Part shown: positions 60,936 to 64,000 of the stretch, in pieces
Layout of the letters: the number at the start of each line of letters is the position of its first letter
How positions within the stretch are numbered: the stretch's first letter is position 1
Origin: Camelus dromedarius
Lineage: Eukaryota
Length of the DNA: 64,000 nucleotides
Reading direction: 5' to 3'
Assembly (NCBI RefSeq): GCF_036321535.1
Contig: NC_087436.1
Coordinates: 20,400,001-20,464,000, forward strand
Notes under the pieces: model-generated
Databases searched by the model: none
Seen by the model: only the letters and a program-made list of their open reading frames with translations
What the model was told of the DNA's origin: nothing
Translations under genes and position numbers: made by a program

Positions 60936-62368
60936 GTAAGTGCGTGGGCTTTCCCCGACGGGGAGGATGGTTCTGGCTTAAGCAGATACCTTCTCCTCCC
61001 CAATGTCCGTCTCTTTTTCCCCTCCTGATTTCCTCAAGGCGGGTGGGTCTGGAATGGATCTTTAGCCGTTGTCCATCATTCCAGCACTTCTGGCAGAGGT
61101 GTCAAGCAGAACCAGCACAGTCTGGTCCAGACGCTGCTCGCGGTGGCGTTCTCTCCTTGGCCTCAGGTCCTTCTGAACTGTGTGGAAGAATAGGAACCTA
61201 ATCTTCTCCGAGCTCCGTGCATTATCCACTTGGTGGCGTCCAGTACCAAGTTCGGCAGTTGAATTCTGCTCCAGTGTAGAAATGGGCCTTTTTTTTTGAC
61301 ATTTGACGAGGCCACAGATTTAATTGTCTCATCCTAGCCCTCACTTAACTTGCAGGTGGTAAATACTATAGTTTTTAATTGAACCTATTCATTCATCAAC
61401 TTATTCAATAAATTGCTAATGGAGCGTTTAAACCTCAGACCTTTTCAAAGTTAATAGTCCAGTAGCTACTATTATTTGAAGAGTATCAATTGCTTGTGTG
61501 GAGATTAGGGAATAACTGAGATTTGACAGGAGGTGTCAAGGACACGGTTTACAGACCTTTAGGGCCAAGTTTATAATAGGATATACTTATAATGATATTC
61601 AGTAGCTGTAACCTCGCACTACCAAAGCAGTTTTACATGTTGCTCACTATCCAAGAGGTCTTTTTTTTTCATGTTTGAAAACGCTTACCAAGATTAACCA
61701 ACAAAAGATATAAAAGATGAAGTAAACTTGTCCAGAATAGGCCAGTTACTGACTTCTAGACCTTGAAGTCTTTTTTCTGACTTTATGTTCTATGGCAAGA
61801 GCACATATAAATGGAACTTTTGATAACTAGTGGGATGTGATTTTTCTTTGTATCACTTAATGGATTATTCAAAATGTAGACCAATATTTACATATTCCTG
61901 GAATAAGAGTATTTCATTCTAACTTTTCTAGGGAAAAAACTCCATTTGAAGTAGAAATTTTTACTCATACAGGTATAGAACTGCATAACATTATGAAATT
62001 ATAGATCAAGTCAACCCATTTGACAGGAAAGGAAATAAAGCCCAGACCTGCCCAAAGTCTAGGCTAGTTAAAGAGGCTGAAGCTGACACTCTGATGCTGT
62101 GTCCTTTTGACTACTCTCCTCTGCTGCTTTGCACATCTTGTAAGTCATGATATAATATATTTTAGGAATAAAAACTGAATTCCCCAGAGTTTTTAATCAC
62201 AGTGATTAAGTTCTATCAACTGCTTTTGAGAAATGAATAATTAATATCCAGGGAATATTAGCAATCCATTTGGTTACTAAATTTTTATTTTTACCTATTG
62301 TAGGAATATGCTTAGGCCCTGGTGTAATGTGGATATTCCTTTTTTCTACATAGAATATTAAAAAAAAA

Positions 62369-62483
62369 ATGACCACACCAAACAAGACACCTCCTGGTGC
62401 TGACCCTAAGCAGTTGGAAAGGACTGGAACAGTACGGGAAATTGGGTCGCAAGCTGTTTGGTCACTCTCATCTTGCAAACCAG
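62369..62483 (+). CDS. ANAPC10: Anaphase-promoting complex subunit 10, first coding exon (3'-partial)
   Basis: Acceptor acatag| at 62353; ATG at 62369; MTTPNKTPPGADPKQLERTGTVREIGSQAVWSLSSCKPG; donor CAG|gtaaaa. Too short for the ORF track. Confidence 0.95.
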
Positions 62484-62689
62484 GTAAAACAAAACAAAAC
62501 AAAACAGCTGTTTGTAATAACTACTGAAAATTTCCTTGTACACTGGGCTGACTTTACTATTCTTTTTGTTTAGATGCTTTATTTTAATTCCAAAATAAAT
62601 CTAATTGGATTTTAAACAAATAGTTATATAATCTCTTTACAGTTGCTTTGCTAGTACCCACTTCAGTATAACTGCACATGTCATAAGGT

Positions 62690-64000
62690 CTCTTTATTCT
62701 CCCCTCTCTCTGCTATAACTCGGTTATTTGGTTAGCTTTTCTAGCCAGTTTTTCTAAGTTACCATTTGGAGATACCCTTGTGGACCATGACAGAGGTTTG
62801 GCTGCTGTTGGTTCTTTTAAGGGCAGCATTCCTGCAGAAATATCAGTAAGGTGATTTCCCTTAGCTTCCAGAGAGTCAAGTTTAGATTTCTCCAAAATCT
62901 TAATTATAGGCAAAGCAGAGGTAAATGTGTTGCATCCAATAATTTATGAATGTAGGGGCCATTTTAAATTTTATTTCTGCTGGAAGTAAAGAAATCATGT
63001 TGCTTTCACAGCATTTCAAAATCATGAGCTACTCTGAAAGCATGTCTGCTTTTAGTACAAATGTTGGCAGTTTTGTCCTTGGTTAAAGTGCAGGACTGTG
63101 TAAGAGCGAAGAATTCAGCCTTTTGAGTTGAAGTAGCCATAGGTAAAGTTTGCTGCCTCAGTAGCCTCGGAAGGAGTTGTAATAGCTTACCCAGCACAAT
63201 ATTTGCCATTGTCACCTTTTAAATAAGAACCATCAGTGAACCATGAGAAGTCAGAATTAAACAGGAATTTCCTGTAGATCATCACAAGGAGTCAGGAGGT
63301 GGTCCTTCAGCATTAAAGCAGTTGTGAAGGACTTCATCAGTGACTGGGTGGGGAAGAGTAGCCTGATTTAGGCTGTTACAATGTAAAAGAGTTAGATGAG
63401 GAACAGCTAACAAAGGATTTCTTAGGAGGTGAGGCAGCTGACTGAGAAGTGTTGAGTATGATGAGAATTCAGGGGAGCTTCTGTTGCATGAAGTACAAAA
63501 GTGATTAAAGGGAATTCCACAGTGAATTTCTTGGTGACTTTAACTAAAAGAGCAGTGGCTGTAATGGTTCCAAAGCAAGGGGGGTATCTTTCATGCCACA
63601 GGGTCCAGTTGCTGGTGTAATATCCTATGGGTCACTGGTGATCCCCATGTTTTTGGGTGAGTAACTCATGGGCATTCCCCTCCCATTTTCATATACAAAA
63701 AGGGAATAATTGGAATGCCCAAGGGCAGGTGGGTTCAACAAACTCTCCATTAAGGCCTTGGTAGCTATGTCATCTGGTTCTTCTCATAAAATTGGGTCAG
63801 GGCTGTTATTAAGTAAAACTTATAGAAACTTTGGCCATAGAAGAGAAATTTGGAATCTAATTTCAGCAGTAACCAACTAGCCTGAGAAAACCTTGCAGTT
63901 GGTGCTTAAGGGTTTTGGGAAACTTAGGACACCATGAAGTCTGTTGAGATCTAGGTGTAGCCCTTGTTCTGATATCACATGCCCTAAATAGCAAACCTGG
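62690..64000 (-). mobile_element. Class I (ERV1-type) endogenous retrovirus pol fragment, decayed; continues past the window end
   Basis: Minus-strand remnants YLGHVISEQG and LQGFLRLVGYC (RT), LNSHHTQHFS, WFTDGSY, STQKAEFFALTQSC, DKTANICTKSRHAFRVAHDF and EAKGNHLTD (RNase H). Confidence 0.88.

Larger units (their letters stand above)
60250..61160. promoter_or_regulatory. CpG island / ABCE1-ANAPC10 bidirectional promoter
   Basis: GC- and CpG-rich. YY1 CAAAATGGCGG 60687-60697; NRF1 TGCGCACGCGCG 60739-60750; full CRE TGACGTCA 60804-60811 abutting ATTGG (CCAAT box) 60811-60815. Divergent donors at 60589 (-) and 60935 (+). Confidence 0.9.

Overview
Mammalian genomic DNA, probably camelid judging by two tRNA-derived SINEs of the vic-1 type and no recognisable Alu/Bov-A/PRE-1 elements. 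The window holds the OTUD4 - ABCE1 - ANAPC10 block. OTUD4 is on the + strand: 18 coding exons from 1935 to the stop at 25050, with the 5' exons outside the window and a 3' UTR of about 3.8 kb. ABCE1 is complete on the - strand: a non-coding exon 1 near 60589-60720 plus 17 coding exons from 56742 to 33938 that sum to exactly 1800 nt (599 aa). ANAPC10 starts on the + strand, head-to-head with ABCE1 across a short CpG-island bidirectional promoter. The best non-annotation signals are: (1) a full-length 2.3 kb decayed piggyBac transposon, with both TTAA duplications and terminal/subterminal inverted repeats, in ABCE1 intron 13; (2) a junction-spanning uORF that stops 4 nt before the ABCE1 start codon; (3) two candidate poison exons in ABCE1; (4) an extra Cys in the ABCE1 Fe-S domain; (5) an apparent GC-ward drift confined to OTUD4. 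All comparisons with human or yeast proteins and all repeat family names are from memory and need database confirmation. Repeat boundaries are approximate.
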